64,000 nucleotides of DNA from Octopus vulgaris (lineage: Eukaryota): NCBI GenBank assembly GCA_951406725.2, contig OX597833.1, positions 24,614,001 to 24,678,000 of the forward strand, given 5' to 3'. Below are positions 40,061-54,252 of this stretch, in pieces. The translations under genes were made by a program, and so were the position numbers. The notes under the pieces are model-generated. The model was not told the DNA's origin and made no database searches. It worked only from the letters and a program-made list of their open reading frames with translations. Positions within the stretch are counted from its first letter, which is position 1. Every line of letters starts with the position of its first letter.

Positions 40061-43000
40061 TTACTATTACTGATAAGGCGGCAATCTGACAGAATTATTA
40101 GAGCATCGGGATAAAAATATTTTGTGGAATTTGTTTCGACTCTTTGCGTATTAAGTGAGGATGGGGCTGATGTAATCGGCCATTCATTCTCCTAAAATTG
40201 CTAGCCTCGAGCCAAAATTTGAAACCGTTAATTGTTAATATTTTTTCGTCTTTCTCACGGTGGACAATTAGATTTACAGTGCCTTACTCTATTAGTTCGA
40301 ATAACTCCAATGTGAACTGTATCTTACATCTTTCCAGAGATCAGAACAAATTGTACATGTATATACTGATGATCGATAAAAACCAACAAAATCCCACCTT
40401 AATAAAATTTGAGGTCTTCTAAGTTGCCTTCTAAGTTAAAAACCAGTAGACTTATTTTCGTTTGGCTCCTGTGAGGTTAGTAGGTAGCAGAAATGGTAGA
40501 CTGAAGGACGAAATATGCAGCTATTGTTAACATTTGTTTCGTAGCACCCTTCGTTTATGCCTTGTGTAAGCTTCATCTTTCATCCATCTTGAATCATTAC
40601 AATAAATATGAGTAAATGTAATCGATAATTCCCCAAATAAGTCATTCGATTTCCCCTCAATCTGTTAACCATGAACTAATAAGAAAGCCTGAGGGTGGTT
40701 ACACAAACTGCCAGAAGAACAGCCAACATTTTGCTCAAACCAAAAGACGTGATGGTCACAAGTACGCAGATATTTCATTACAAGATTCTGTTAGCAGATC
40801 ATTCAACTCCTATCCATTACTGGAAAAAATAACGTCGCCAATATCTGAGAGAGAGAAGAACGCTTCCAGTACTTGAATGATACATTATTTATCCAAGCTG
40901 AAATGAAAAAAGACAAAATTGACCTCGTGGGGGGGGGGGCTTGATTTCTGAATGAAGAGAGCCAGCACAAATACTACAAAGCATTATGTCCGACGTTCTA
41001 ACAACTCTACTAATTCTTTGCCATCATTAATACATGAAAAGGCTGCATTCTACACCATGCCATTCCTCTACCGCTATTGCATGATATCTTGGCAGACGAT
41101 AAAAAAAATAGAAGAAAGAATCACAAAATGTTTAAAATAATTGATACAAATTGAATAAATACAACATGAGGTTTGGCTCTTTGAAAAGTTTCTTGAAATA
41201 GAAAAATCTGGAATCAGACATTCAGAACATTAAATGGTAAATTGTACAACTTTATTTGATCTTCGTTTTTTTTTATATATAAAAAAAATCTTAATGATGT
41301 ATATGGGTATTCGTGTGCACATATGTGTCTATAAATTATACGAGTTTAAGCGTATGCCAGTGTGCATGCATACGTTTACGAGTGCGTGTACATACAGACA
41401 CACGCTCGCGCGCGCGTGCGACACAGTGTATATTTGCGTGTATCTTTGTATGTGTTGGATAGATTTCGCGGCAGGCTTCAATATGAAACAAAATGAAATT
41501 TTCGACGAAAATTGAGAAAGATATGAAAAAGAAAAAAAAATTCATAAATTTTTTAAATTTGAAAATCTTTCAATTAGAAAAAAGAAATTAGGGAATAATA
41601 CTAATACTACTATAAATAATAATAGTAAACCTAAAAGAAATGTTATTTTATGTTTTGTTCTTTTTCCACTTCCTTTCGTTTTTCGTTAATCAAGGAAACG
41701 TAATAGCGAGGTTTAACACCATCTTGTGGCTTTCGACTGCCATTACAGGAGCCCACTATATTGGAAATATTATGAGCCAGGTCTCCAGTCAATGGATGCC
41801 ACATGCATTAAGATCTCTTCCGCCTATTACTCCCATCCCTCTAGATTCGGATGCCCTGTTATAAGATAATTGGTATTTCTCTATCACCCTTCTCGCTTCT
41901 GTCTTATGGGTAGAAACTTGTAACAGTTGAAAGGAAAGTTAGGACCATGAACCTTACTAGTCATGGACGGTTTGTGAAATACAACGACGTTGCCACTTCC
42001 TACAGACACAGAAGGTAAAAAGAGAAAAAATAAACTGAAATATTAAATCAAAGAAAAATGATTTTGTGAATAAATGACAGAAAAATCAGAGAAGCTTTCA
42101 GAGCATTTCAAATAAAGAAAAGTTGGTTTCTGTTTTTCAAACTACGACAAAACATGACACTTTGCAATTTCGAATAAATCTTTAAAGAAAAATAACGAAA
42201 GAAAATACTATAAAAGTGACAAACAAAATGCAGAAACAATAGTGGGGATGTGATGGAAGGAATAGGCCATTATGGAGAGAGAAGAAACGAAACATTTGAA
42301 GAGCATGGAAATACAAGAGCAAAACGTATGTATGCACGTCTGTCTCTGTTTCTCTTTCATTATATATATATACATATATATATGTTTGTTTTGTGTGTGT
42401 GTGTATATACACACACATAGACGCTCATATGAATATATATCTGTATGTCTATATACGCACACAGGCGTGTATATAGGTGTGTATGTATATGGTTTGTTTG
42501 TGTGTGTACAGAGTATCAATAAAATAATGGAAGAAGAGGAAAAGATCAGTAGAACGTAAAACAAGGAGAAACTTAAATTGGTTAACAAGACCGCTTGCTG
42601 CTGTCTAGACAACAAGTACAACAACAACAAGGAAAGAAAAAGAAAATACCTCGACAATATCCCACATAAAGAGAAAAGAGTTTTGCAAAGCAAAAACAAA
42701 AAGAAATATCAAATCAACAAAACATCGGGAAAATAAAATAAGGTAAAATGAAAAAAACAAAACAGCAAATAATACAAACCAAGACCGTTAGTATTGCTGA
42801 AGTAATAAAAAGTGTAAGCGTGTAGGTGGAAGGCAAAAAATAAAGAAAAAAAGCGGTTGGGATGGGAGGGTGGTGCTGCATATATTTGAAAGAAAGGAAG
42901 TTTATAATTCCTTATCACCCAACATACAGAAGGAAAGCAGCTGGGATGTCACAGCAAAAGGATAAGGTCAAACGAGGGGAAAAGAGTTTCACTTCTTTTT

Positions 43001-43751
43001 GTTATATATATAATTTTATTTCCTATACGACGTAGTTGCTGGACTCACAATTGCTTTTATATGTTTTATTTCATATATTTTATTTCATTTGTTTTTATTA
43101 CTGATCAGTGAAGGTTTATGTGTTCGAAATGTTGTTAACTTTGAAGCTTTGTAATTGCTTTCTGTTGTTTTAATTTTACATTTTTTTTACTTTGGTTTTT
43201 ACGTTATTTTGCATATTTTATATTAGTTTTGTTGGTGGTGGGAGTGAGAGAATTTTGAGGTTTGTTTTCTGGCTTTGATTTTTTAAAGATATTTTAAGAT
43301 AGCATTTTACGATTTGTACGTACATATTGCGTATTACCACTTTCCTCGTTTGTGTCTGTATGTTTGCCACTGTCTTTCTTTGTATAAACACGCTCACACA
43401 CAAACGTGTGTATGTATGTATGTATGTATGTAGGGAGAATTCACAATATATACATACGCACATATGAGCGCGTGCACGTGTGAATATATGTGTATATTTA
43501 TACGCTTTTAATTGTTTCAGTCATTTGACTGTGGCCATGCTGGAGCACCGCCTTTAGTCGAGCAAATCGCCCCTAGAACTTATTCTTTGTCAACCTAGTA
43601 CGTATTCTATTGGTCTCTTTTGCCGAACCACTAAGTTACGGAGACGTAAACACACCACCATCGGTTGTCAAGCGATGGTGGGGTGACAAACACTGACACA
43701 CAAACATACAAACACACACACACACACTGACACACAAACATACACACACAG

Positions 43752-43813
<62 letters not shown>

Positions 43814-44112
43814 ATGATAAGAGTAAATAATTTCTATAAAGGCTTTAAAAAAAAACCCAATTATTTACTGGTAGAATTCGGTATGTAAATATAGCCGATT
43901 ACCGGCAGGAACTTCTGTAAAGTTCAGTATATATATTGTATATAAGAAAAAGGGACATGCAAAACAGGTTGCTTGACCGCATACCGAATAAATAGAAATA
44001 GCAGTCAAGAATGCTTATTTCTATCAAAGTTGGACTCCGGGCATGACAGACCCTGTAATTCACATATGCAAAACAGAAGGAATAGATAACGAATACGAAG
44101 TCTGGCGGTTAT

Positions 44113-44223
44113 CTGTGAACATCATGTTTCTGGATTATAAACATATTGAATATATATTCCATATATTTTTGAAATATATTTCATATATATTGCATATATA
44201 TTTCACATCCTTCTTCAGCACAG
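44113..44223 (-). ncRNA. Type I hammerhead ribozyme motif (copy 1)
   Basis: CTGTG-CTGAAGA-AGGAT[long AT-rich]ATCCA-GAAA-CATGATG-TT-CACAG. Perfect 5-bp stem I, stem II GGAT/ATCC. Confidence 0.75.
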
Positions 44224-44728
44224 CTTTCCATTGAAAAAGATTTATCATAGATTTATCAAATGCTACGTACCTCAAACCTTCTGACCATGCGACATCAAAA
44301 TATTTGAAGAAAGTGAGCAGAGGCTAAACCTACATAGACGTTTGAATTCATAAATCTTCCCTCCAAAATTTTGCCATGCGCATTACGGTTAGGTTGTCAA
44401 AGGGAGTGAAAAATCCAAATAGTAATATAATGATAAGAGTAAATAATTTCTATAAAGGCTTTTAAAAAAAACCCAATTATTTACTGGTAGAATTCGGTAT
44501 GTAAATATAGCCGATTACCGGCAGGAACTTCTGTAAAGTTCAGTATATATATTGTATATAAGAAAAAGGGACAGGCAAAACAGGTTGCTTGACCGCATAC
44601 CGAATAAATAGAAATAGCAGTCAAGAATGCTTATTTCTATCAAAGTTGGACTCCGGGCATGACAGACCCTGTAATTCACATATGCAAAACAGAAGGAATA
44701 GATAACGAATACGAAGTCTGGCGGTTAT

Positions 44729-44839
44729 CTGTGAACATCATGTTTCTGGATTATAAACATATTGAATATATATTCCATATATTTTTGAAATATATTTCAT
44801 ATATATTGCATATATATTTCACATCCTTCTTCAGCACAG
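44729..44839 (-). ncRNA. Type I hammerhead ribozyme motif (copy 2)
   Basis: Identical to 44113-44223, 616 bp away. Confidence 0.75.
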
Positions 44840-45051
44840 CTTTCCATTGAAAAAGATTTATCATAGATTTATCAAATGCTACGTACCTCAAACCTTCTGA
44901 CCATGCGACATCAAAATATTTGAAGAAATGCATATGTGAATTACAGGGTCTGTCATGCCCGGAGTCCAACTTTGATAGAAATAAGCATTCTTGACTGCTA
45001 TTTCTATTTATTCGGTATGCGGTCAAGCAAACTGTTTTGCCTGTCCCTTTT

Positions 45052-45108
<57 letters not shown>

Positions 45109-45280
45109 TATACGACGGGCTTCTTTCAGTTTCCCTCTACCAAATCCACTCACAAGGCTTTGGTCGGGCCGAGGCTATAGTAGAAAACACTTGCCCAAGG
45201 TGCCACGCAGCGGAACTGAACCCGGGACCATGAGGTTCGTAAGCAAGCTACTTACCACACAGCCACTCCTATATATCACA

Positions 45281-48190
45281 TCTCTTATGATAAAAAGCAG
45301 ATTTTCTCTGCCTGTTCCCATGTTTCTTTTTAATACAATTCTACAATATAGAATTTCTTCAATTGGAATTTACCTATGATTTTTCCAAGTAGATTCGATT
45401 GGGTCATGGCATGTAAAGTTTTTTCAATTTGACCCCCAATTAAGCAAAAATTCGAGAAAACTCAATATTTTACGATTTGCCTTTCTCATTTCAAGTGGTT
45501 TACTCCTGCTTTTACCACCACACTTTCTCCTACTTTCTCTTTGCAAGTGTGAAAATATTAAAGTGAAAGTATTATATAACAGGGATGAGCCATTAATAGT
45601 GGTCATCCTTTTTGCTAGAGGAAGATCCGCTATGGTCTTATATGCTACACCACTGGTTTTCAATTCATATTAATCAAATTAATATTCAATTTTTCACCCT
45701 TATTATGTGTGTGTGTGTGTGTGTATTGGCAATTCGTATAAAATTGCATCAATGATTTCAACTTGAATAAGTGGTTTCACATAAATGGGGATAAATTAAA
45801 GAGGTTTGTTGTTATTATTATTACTGTTTGACTATTGTAATCACGTTTGTTGGTTCCTCGTCAGGGAAACGTTGTTGTGTTGCATTTGTTAAATAATTAT
45901 AGACCGTAATTGGTTATTGTTTAAAAATTGAATTGTGTCCCTGTTTGGGGAAATTGACAATATTTTCACCGTTTTTACGGAAGCATTTTTGTTAAAATGC
46001 CTTCGATAGAAGAAAGTCCAAAAATGAATTTCGCTGCAGCCGTACACTTCTATACAAGAGGGAGGACAAGATCCAATTGATCGAAATTGCAAGAGACGTG
46101 CCTACAATTCCAGTCTGTTATATATTTTGAGTATTGTTATCACTAGCGATATCAAGATATAACTTTGTATTTTGTATTTTATGTGTAGATGTATATATAT
46201 AGATGTACATGTAATATGTACACATATATATATACACATATATACATGCATAATATATCTACCCATACACACATACGCACACACACACATAGGGGTAGGT
46301 GTGGCTGTGTGGTAACAAACTACGTTCCAAACACATGGTGGTGACTTGGCATGTGTCTTCTGCTGTAGCTTCAGACCAACAAAAGCCTTCTCAGTGGATT
46401 TTGTACATATATACAGGCATACATACATATATATATATATGTACATGCATACGTACATATTCGGCATAAACACTCTACCACTACAACTAATAACTGTTGG
46501 GAACACCTTCAAACCTGCCTTACATTCGAACCGGAATCTCAAAAACATTGTCCACTTCAGCACCAAGCTCAACTGCTCAATCCTGACGTGGAGGGTATCA
46601 GCAATGAAATTTATAACAAAACACTTATTGACGTTGAAGACAGAATTGCTAAACTGGGTGGAAATGAATTGTCGACGTATGGCCTGCAACAAGCACTCAG
46701 GTCAGGGTCAAATAGCCTTCCCACTGCTGTCATTCGTGAAACAACCTACGACACTCAAGCGCTTTCAAAGTACATTGTTGAAAATGAGCCTAAATTACTT
46801 CCGGACCAGCTGCAGGCCTACAGAACTATTCTTAACAGTGTACGCCAACGCGAGGGACGAATCTTTTTCCTCGATGCTCCTGGAGGGACAGGAAAAACAT
46901 TTATTACAAAGCTTCTCCTTGCAGAAGTTAGGTAGCATCAGGACATTGCAGTAGCTGTAGCCTCCTCTGGTATTGCAGCTACTTTGTTACCTGGTGGCAG
47001 GACAGCACACTCAACTTTTTAACTCCCTCTCAATTTAGCAGCATCCGAAATGCCTTCATGCAACATCAACAAAAGCTCAGATCAGGGACAAGTACTTAAA
47101 ATGTGTTATGTAATTGTCTGGGATGAGTGCACTATGGATTACAAGAGAGCTTTGGAAGCATTAGATAGAGAGCCCTGAAAGACATCCGAGACTGTCAGGC
47201 TCCAATGGGAGGTGTAACGCTTCTGTTGTCAGGTGATTTCAGGCAAACTCTTCCTGTCATTCCGAAAGGCAATAGAGCTGATGAAGTTTAAGCATACCTA
47301 AAGTCCTCTACCCAGTGGCATCATGGTACAATCTCTAGTCTCACCACTAACATGAGAGCTCAGCTACACGGCGACAAAATGTCCACAAAGTTTGTACAGG
47401 ACATTTTGACACTTGGTGAAGGCAAGATGCCTCTCGATGCTACAGAACAAATGGAAGTGTGGTCATTTTCCTCTGTTGTTAATTCTGTAGATGACCTCAA
47501 AAACAAAGTCTTTCCCAACTTCACACAAAACTACCAAAATCACAATTGGTTGTGTGAAAGAGCAATATTAGCTCCAAAAAATGTCGTTAACAAAATTAAT
47601 CAACAGCTAATGCATTCTCTTCCCCTGCACTATACACACTTACAAGTCTGTTGATACAATTCCAGATATAAATGAAGTTGTGAACTATCCTCCTGAATTT
47701 CTCAATTCACTGGAGCTCTCCTCGACTACATCCACACATATTACCACTTAAAGTTGGAACTCCTGTAACGCTACTCCGCAATCTGGAACCACCAAGACTT
47801 TGCAATGGAACACGACTGGTGATAAAAAAATGATATTACACGTTATCGAGGCGATCATTCTTTCTGGATGTGGAAAAGGTGATGACGTCTTTATTCCAAG
47901 ATTTCCTCTTACTCCATCAGGAGCAGAAATTCCATTTACATTCAGAAGACTGCAATTCCCCTTTCGTGTCAGCTTTGCTATGTCCATTAACAAATCTCAG
48001 GGTCAAACCCTCTCTGTAGCTGGTCTTCTCGCATAGGCAACTGTATATGCTCCACAAGGAAAAACAAGGAACATTGTTTACAACGAGGTGTTATAATCTC
48101 AACAGCCAGGAGGTATATACATGATCCCTTTTAACAAACTTCATGTACTTTCATGTATTTATATTAATATACATATATTTGTGTGTGTGT

Positions 48191-48248
<58 letters not shown>

Positions 48249-48318
48249 CCATATATATAACAGAAAAGTCTAATTCTTCTATTGAATGTAACCTTGCAAC
48301 GTCGGGTATCTCTGCTAG
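45281..48318 (+). mobile_element. Helitron, internally deleted, with decayed Pif1 helicase
   Basis: 5' A|TC, 3' imperfect hairpin ACCTTGCAACGTCGGGT then CTAG|T, with helicase remnants inside. Confidence 0.85.
46560..48095 (+). pseudogene. Helitron RepHel Pif1-family helicase domain, disrupted
   Basis: [77 protein letters not shown], with stops and frameshifts. Confidence 0.9.
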
Positions 48319-49057
48319 TATATATATATATATATATGTGATATACATGCATATATTTAATCGAAACACCCATACACCTATATGTATTTATATCTACACG
48401 CACATACACTCACACATACATCCATACTCATAGCCGTGCGCAAGCACCCGCTTATATACCTAAGCATAAGTTGCAGAAAATAATAGAATCAATATATTTA
48501 AAATCACATCAAACTACAATAGGATATTGATATCCAATAAAACATATTCTGCTTTAAAACATTAGTCGTTGAAGCCTAAATCTACACATCTATTGAGCGA
48601 AGTGAATTCCTCATAAAACGTGTTTTGAGTTGGACTCGCAACTAAACTGTATAAGCTGTGCGGTCGATTACACACACACGGCATTATATCCACCCATCCA
48701 TCTTTACCACCTGCTATTGCTGGAATGGTAGAGTCCTCATGTACCTCCTCAATAGCAAACGCCATTGCTATCAGAAGCAAACGCCATTGCACTTTCCAGC
48801 TGGATTCCCAAGTGCAACCAACGGAGACTATTGATATTTTCCTGCCATCTACTTCCTAATGTTACTTATTTCAGTAAAAAACAAACAGAAGAATATTTCG
48901 TCGAATGAATCTCCCCCCCACCCCAGTGCTTTATTTGAAGCCTGGTACTTAGTCTATCGGTCACTTAGGGTGAACCGCCAAGTTACGGGGAAGTAAACAC
49001 ACTAACACTCTCTGTCAAGCAGTGGAGGCAGAAGACAGACTTATACACAATGACACG

Positions 49058-49181
<124 letters not shown>

Positions 49182-49430
49182 CGTGCTCCCACATGGCCAC
49201 AGCCTTCGAGCCGAAACAGATAAAAGAATATGTATATGCGACGGGCTTCTTTCATTTTCCTCTACCAAATTCACTCACAAAGCTTTGGTCAGTCCGGGGC
49301 TATAGCAATGGACACTTGCCGATGGTGCCACGCAGTGGGACCTTAGGCACACAGTCACACCTGCCCTTCCTGCAGGTTAGTTCGCTTTGAGCAACCTGTT
49401 TTGTGATTCCTTACTTCTATATTCCTAATC

Positions 49431-49814
49431 GGAGGCGCAATGGCCAAGTGGTTAGGGCAGCGGACTCGCGGTCGTAGGATCGCGGTTTCGATTCCCAGAC
49501 CTGGCGTTGTGAGTGTTTATTGAGCGAAAACACCTATAGCTCCACGAGGCTGCGGCAGGGATGGTGGTGATCCCTGCTGTACTCTTTCACCACAACTTTC
49601 TCTCACTCTTACTTCCTGTTTCTGTTGTACCTGTATTTCAAAGGGCCGGCCTTGTCACTCTCTGTGTCACGCTGAATATCCCCGAGAACTACGTTAAGGG
49701 TACACGTGTCTGTGGAGTGCTCAGCCACTTACACGTTAATTTCACGAGCAGGCTGTTCCGTTGATTGGATCAACCGGAACCCTCGTCGTCGTAACCGACG
49801 GAGTGCTTCCATCC
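49431..49814 (+). mobile_element. tRNA-derived SINE, complete, 10-bp TSD
   Basis: Head GGAGGCGCAATGGCCAAGTGGTTAGG..GGTTTCGATTCCC. TSD ATTCCTAATC at 49421-49430 and 49815-49824. Tail-sharing relatives on the minus strand at ~50815-51110 and ~53160-53470. Confidence 0.88.
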
Positions 49815-51619
49815 ATTCCTAATCACTTGTCTGTAGTATCGAATATGTGACCTCTCAATGCGGGGAAATAGCCGTTCGACCTGAAGTGGTTCTCTCATCT
49901 CCGAGCTGCACAAGCTGTAGAGGTATGTTTCTCCAGAGATCCTTTGGATATCATACTACAACCTAATTAGATATTCGAAATACAATTATTTAATATCAGC
50001 CATGAATAGTTATATGTGCATTCTTTATTCAGTTAATAACCATGGCAATTGTAACAATTTGCGCATTTGTTTGTTGCTGGTTAATTGTATTTTCCTTAAC
50101 AATGATACTGACCATGAATGTTATAAAATAAAAATCTGTTTTGTGACAATCAGAAATATTGATTCACGATTTATTAAAATTTAATTGCAATAATGTTGTT
50201 TTAAATGAAATACTTGTTCAAACAATGCTTATTATTGGTTTCATAAATATTTATTTTCGATCTTGCATAATCATTTTAGGCCAATTCTCTAATGCAACGT
50301 TCGGTGCTTGACTGCATCTTCCTCAATCAGCCAACCACAAACAATTAACCAATGAAAAACATCCTATCAAATAACTCAAGAAATGGTCAACATACCAAAT
50401 ATCTAATGAAAGTCTAACAAAGAAAGAATCCACCAACTAAAAGAGGCAACAAAACCCCCAAAATACCAAATAGTCGTCCAACTAACCGCCTAAAATAACT
50501 AAGCAACCAACCAACAAACTAACCAATCAATCAACTAATTAGCCAACTAGCCAACCTATTAAACGACAAATTGAACAAATAATCAACCAGTTGCCAGCCA
50601 GCCAGAGCCAGCCAGCCAGCCAACCAGCCAGCCAGCCAGCCAACCAGCCGACCATCCGTCCGTCCGTCTATTCTTCCATCTGTTTAAAGATTAAGCAATT
50701 AGCCATTGACTCATTCATCCAGCCGATCACCCAACCAGCAAGATGTTTGTATGTGTGGGGAGTCTATAATTGTTTTCAGAAAATATAATGTTATTGAAGG
50801 ATTCATGTGACTGTTACCTCATCGGTTACGACGACGCAGGTTCCAGTTGATCTATCAACGAAACAGCCTGCTGGTGAACTTAACGTGCAAGTGGCTGAGC
50901 ACCCCGCAGACACGTGTGCCCTTCACGTAATTCTCATGGAGATTCAGCATCACACAGAGTGTGACACGGCTGGCTCCTTGAAATACAGATACTATTCATT
51001 TTTGCCAGCTGAGTGGACTGAAGCATCGTGAAATAAAAGTATCTTGCTCAAGGACACAAAGGGGTCGCCGGGAATTGAACTCACGACCATACGATCTTGA
51101 ACCGATTACCCTAGAAAAAAAATCAAATGATTCGAAGTCGAATACACAGTGTGACCATTCGACTTACTAGAAATAACAATCAAATCCCCCTTAAATATCA
51201 TCAACTGACTGTCTTAAAAAGTAGGTTACATTACAGAATGTTGCCTTAGATTTACTATATTCTTTTACTCTTTTACTTGTCTCAGTCATTTGACTGTGGC
51301 CATACTGGAGCACCGCCTTTTAGTCGAGCAAATCGACCCCAGGACTATGCTTTGTAAACCTAGTACTTATTCTATCGGTCTTTTTGAATAAATCTTTCTT
51401 TACGATTATCTTTCATTTCAGTCATTGGACTGCCGCCATACTGGAGCGTTTTCGTGAAACAAATTGATCCCCAAAGTTAAATTTTCTCTTTTAAAAGTTT
51501 GATATTTCTATCGTTCACTTTGGCGGCACCACTAGATTACAGGGATATAAACCAACCAACACAGGTTGTGAACCGGTGGTGACAAGAGGTGACAAAAGAA
51601 AGAGATACGAGCACACATA

Positions 51620-51687
<68 letters not shown>

Positions 51688-52001
51688 ATATTCTTTTACT
51701 TGTTTCAGACCCTTTGTAAGCCTAGAACTTATTCTATCGAAATCTTCTGCCGAACCGCTGATTTACGGGGATGCAAACATATCAACATCGGTTGCCAAGC
51801 GATGGTGGTGGGGTGAACAGATACATAAACATACATATATATACGACGGGTTTCTTTCTGTTTCCTTCTATCAAATCTACTCACAAGGCTTTGGTTAGCC
51901 CGAGGCTACACTACAAGACACTTGCTCAAGGTGCCACGCAATGGGACTGAGCCCGGAACCATGTGGATAGAAAGCAAGCTTCTTATCACAGCTACGCCTG
52001 C

Positions 52002-52063
<62 letters not shown>

Positions 52064-52165
52064 ATATATCTATATATATATATATATATATACTAGAGTA
52101 ATAAGCATATTACTCTACCACTGGTATTTGAGTACTCTTTTTTCCACCTTGTTTCACATTTATGT

Positions 52166-52203
<38 letters not shown>

Positions 52204-54185
52204 AGGCTTCAATACAGTTTCCCTCTATCAAATTTACTTATAAGGCACTGGTCATTCCGGATTTATGGTAAAAACTGAAACCGAAACCAAGTGATTGCAA
52301 AGCGACCTTCTTAATCTCATCGCCATACTGGACAAAAAATTTTAATGAAAAAGAATGGGATGAAAGACAGAAACAGTATGCCAATTCCTTGTAGGGTCGA
52401 TAAAATAAAATATCCTCCCAGATCGATGAGTGGAATTGTTAGAGAGTCTGACAAATTGTCCTCTCAAATGGGTCCACGCTCTCTGTAATATGAGCCGTGA
52501 CTCAGTTTAACACAACAAAAGTACACTTTATATTCAAGCTTTCGGGCCAGGTCAGCGAGTTGAAATAACTTCCGCTATTTCTCACAACACCTGTAAGCCC
52601 CGAAAAATGTATCATGGGGCTTCACTTACTTTCCGACCACCGACAAAAACGGTAGAAAGAATTATGCATATATACACCATCGCACATAAACACACAAGTA
52701 CAGACATTATTTTATACACTCCTCCTTCGTATCATAAGACTGACGAATGGTGATTTTTTTGACAAACGCTCACCCTGAGATAGTTTTAGGCAGTTTTCAG
52801 CAGATGGTATATAGATTGCTTGTCAATTCACCATTTGATGTCATCAGCCCGTTGCTAACGCTGTTTCCAACACCGATATCTGCCCGAAATGAGTGAATGA
52901 GTTGGGCCCTACATGTCCGCTCGACCTGCTACAGGAAGTGTCCACATCTTCCTCGAATCATTACCTACAGTCTAAGAAAAGGATGCATTGGAGATGTGGA
53001 CCTGCGTTCCCTGCATATACAAGTAAGAAAAAGACAAAGTAATAGCGGCTAGAATGCAACGTATATTTTTGACAACTAAAATGTCACCTCCACCATGAAA
53101 TCCCTATAATCAATTAAACCCTTTAAAGTAGCGGCCCCACATGACCCATTGTTCTATAACTAGCACTTCGTCGATTACGATGACGAGGGTTCCAGTTGAT
53201 CCGATCAACAGAACAGCCTCATCGTTAAATGTACGTACAAGGGAATGCGCAGACCGCGGACACGCGTACTCTGAACGTAGGGCTCAGAGAGATTCATCGT
53301 GACTCAGAATGTGACGAAGCTGACCTTTTGAAATACGGGTACAACTCCTTTTCGCAAGCTGAGTCGACTGGAGCAGCGTGAAATAAAAGTGTCTTGCTCA
53401 AGGACACAATGAGCCGCCGAGAATCGAACTCACGATCGTTAGATCGTGAACAGAGTATCCTAACCAATACGCTTCCTCAAATTACAAACTATCGTCTTTG
53501 AATAGGACATCAATGGTAAAACTAGAGTGTGTCGCCGAGGATAGCCATTGTATTTGTTACCGCCTGCCCCTCGATCTATACAAGGTTTCACAGTAAATGT
53601 ATAGGTGCCATCCGGGGCGATGTCCCTAATTGCCTCCACTACCCACCTTTCTAGAGAACATATTCAACCATTGATGGAGCTTCCGTGCAGTCGCCTGAAC
53701 TAGTAGCAAAAGCAACAAAATCTCCCTCAAATCACATCGTTGCATCTTGAAATAAAAGTAGCACAGAAAAGAACGAGAAAATACTGGATAATGGAACTTA
53801 AGATATAAAAGATCTGGCGAAAGAAGGAACGAAAAAGTATGATGGTTACGGTTGGAATGCCTTTGATCGAAGACATGCTGGATCGGGACTGATTGAGGAC
53901 TAAAAAGCAACAATAACAACAAAAATAAAATGGGAAGCAAAAAATGCATGCAAATAATTAGACGAATTTGTTGGTGAAATGTGAAGGAAGAAAAAAAATA
54001 CGGCAAATACGTCTAAGTAAACTATGTGTCGCTTTGTTGTTATAGTAATTGTTTTATATATTTTTTATGATGTTTTGAGTCATTTTTTTTGTCATTGTTT
54101 CTAATTTCGTTGGAAAAATACGGAGGAGTTGGTGGTGCTGGGAGAGGTTAAGAAGAAAGAGGAGAATGGTGTAAGTGAGCGAGCG

Positions 54186-54252
<67 letters not shown>

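Larger units (their letters stand above)
43807..45055 (-). mobile_element. Penelope/retrozyme-like element: 616-bp tandem unit (1.8 copies) plus inverted terminal segment
   Basis: 43807-44312 is repeated nearly identically at 44423-44928. 44929-45055 is the reverse complement of ~44560-44686. One hammerhead per unit. Confidence 0.8.
43510..45270 (-). mobile_element. Dominant-family SINE split by an insertion in its internal microsatellite
   Basis: 3' half at 43510-43700 and 5' half at 45113-45270 are collinear with the intact copy at 63167-63566. Confidence 0.8.

Noticed and set aside
44043-44850. Duplicated 63-aa ORF (MTDPVIHICK...)
   Set aside because: A by-product of the tandem duplication, antisense to the hammerhead and low complexity.
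46588-48036. Host PIF1 helicase gene
   Set aside because: Intronless, has stops and frameshifts, and lies within Helitron termini.
49431-49505. tRNA gene (also similar heads at 21188, 31138, 63010-63084)
   Set aside because: These are SINE heads: the acceptor stem is not closed and the sequence runs on into a SINE body with a TSD.
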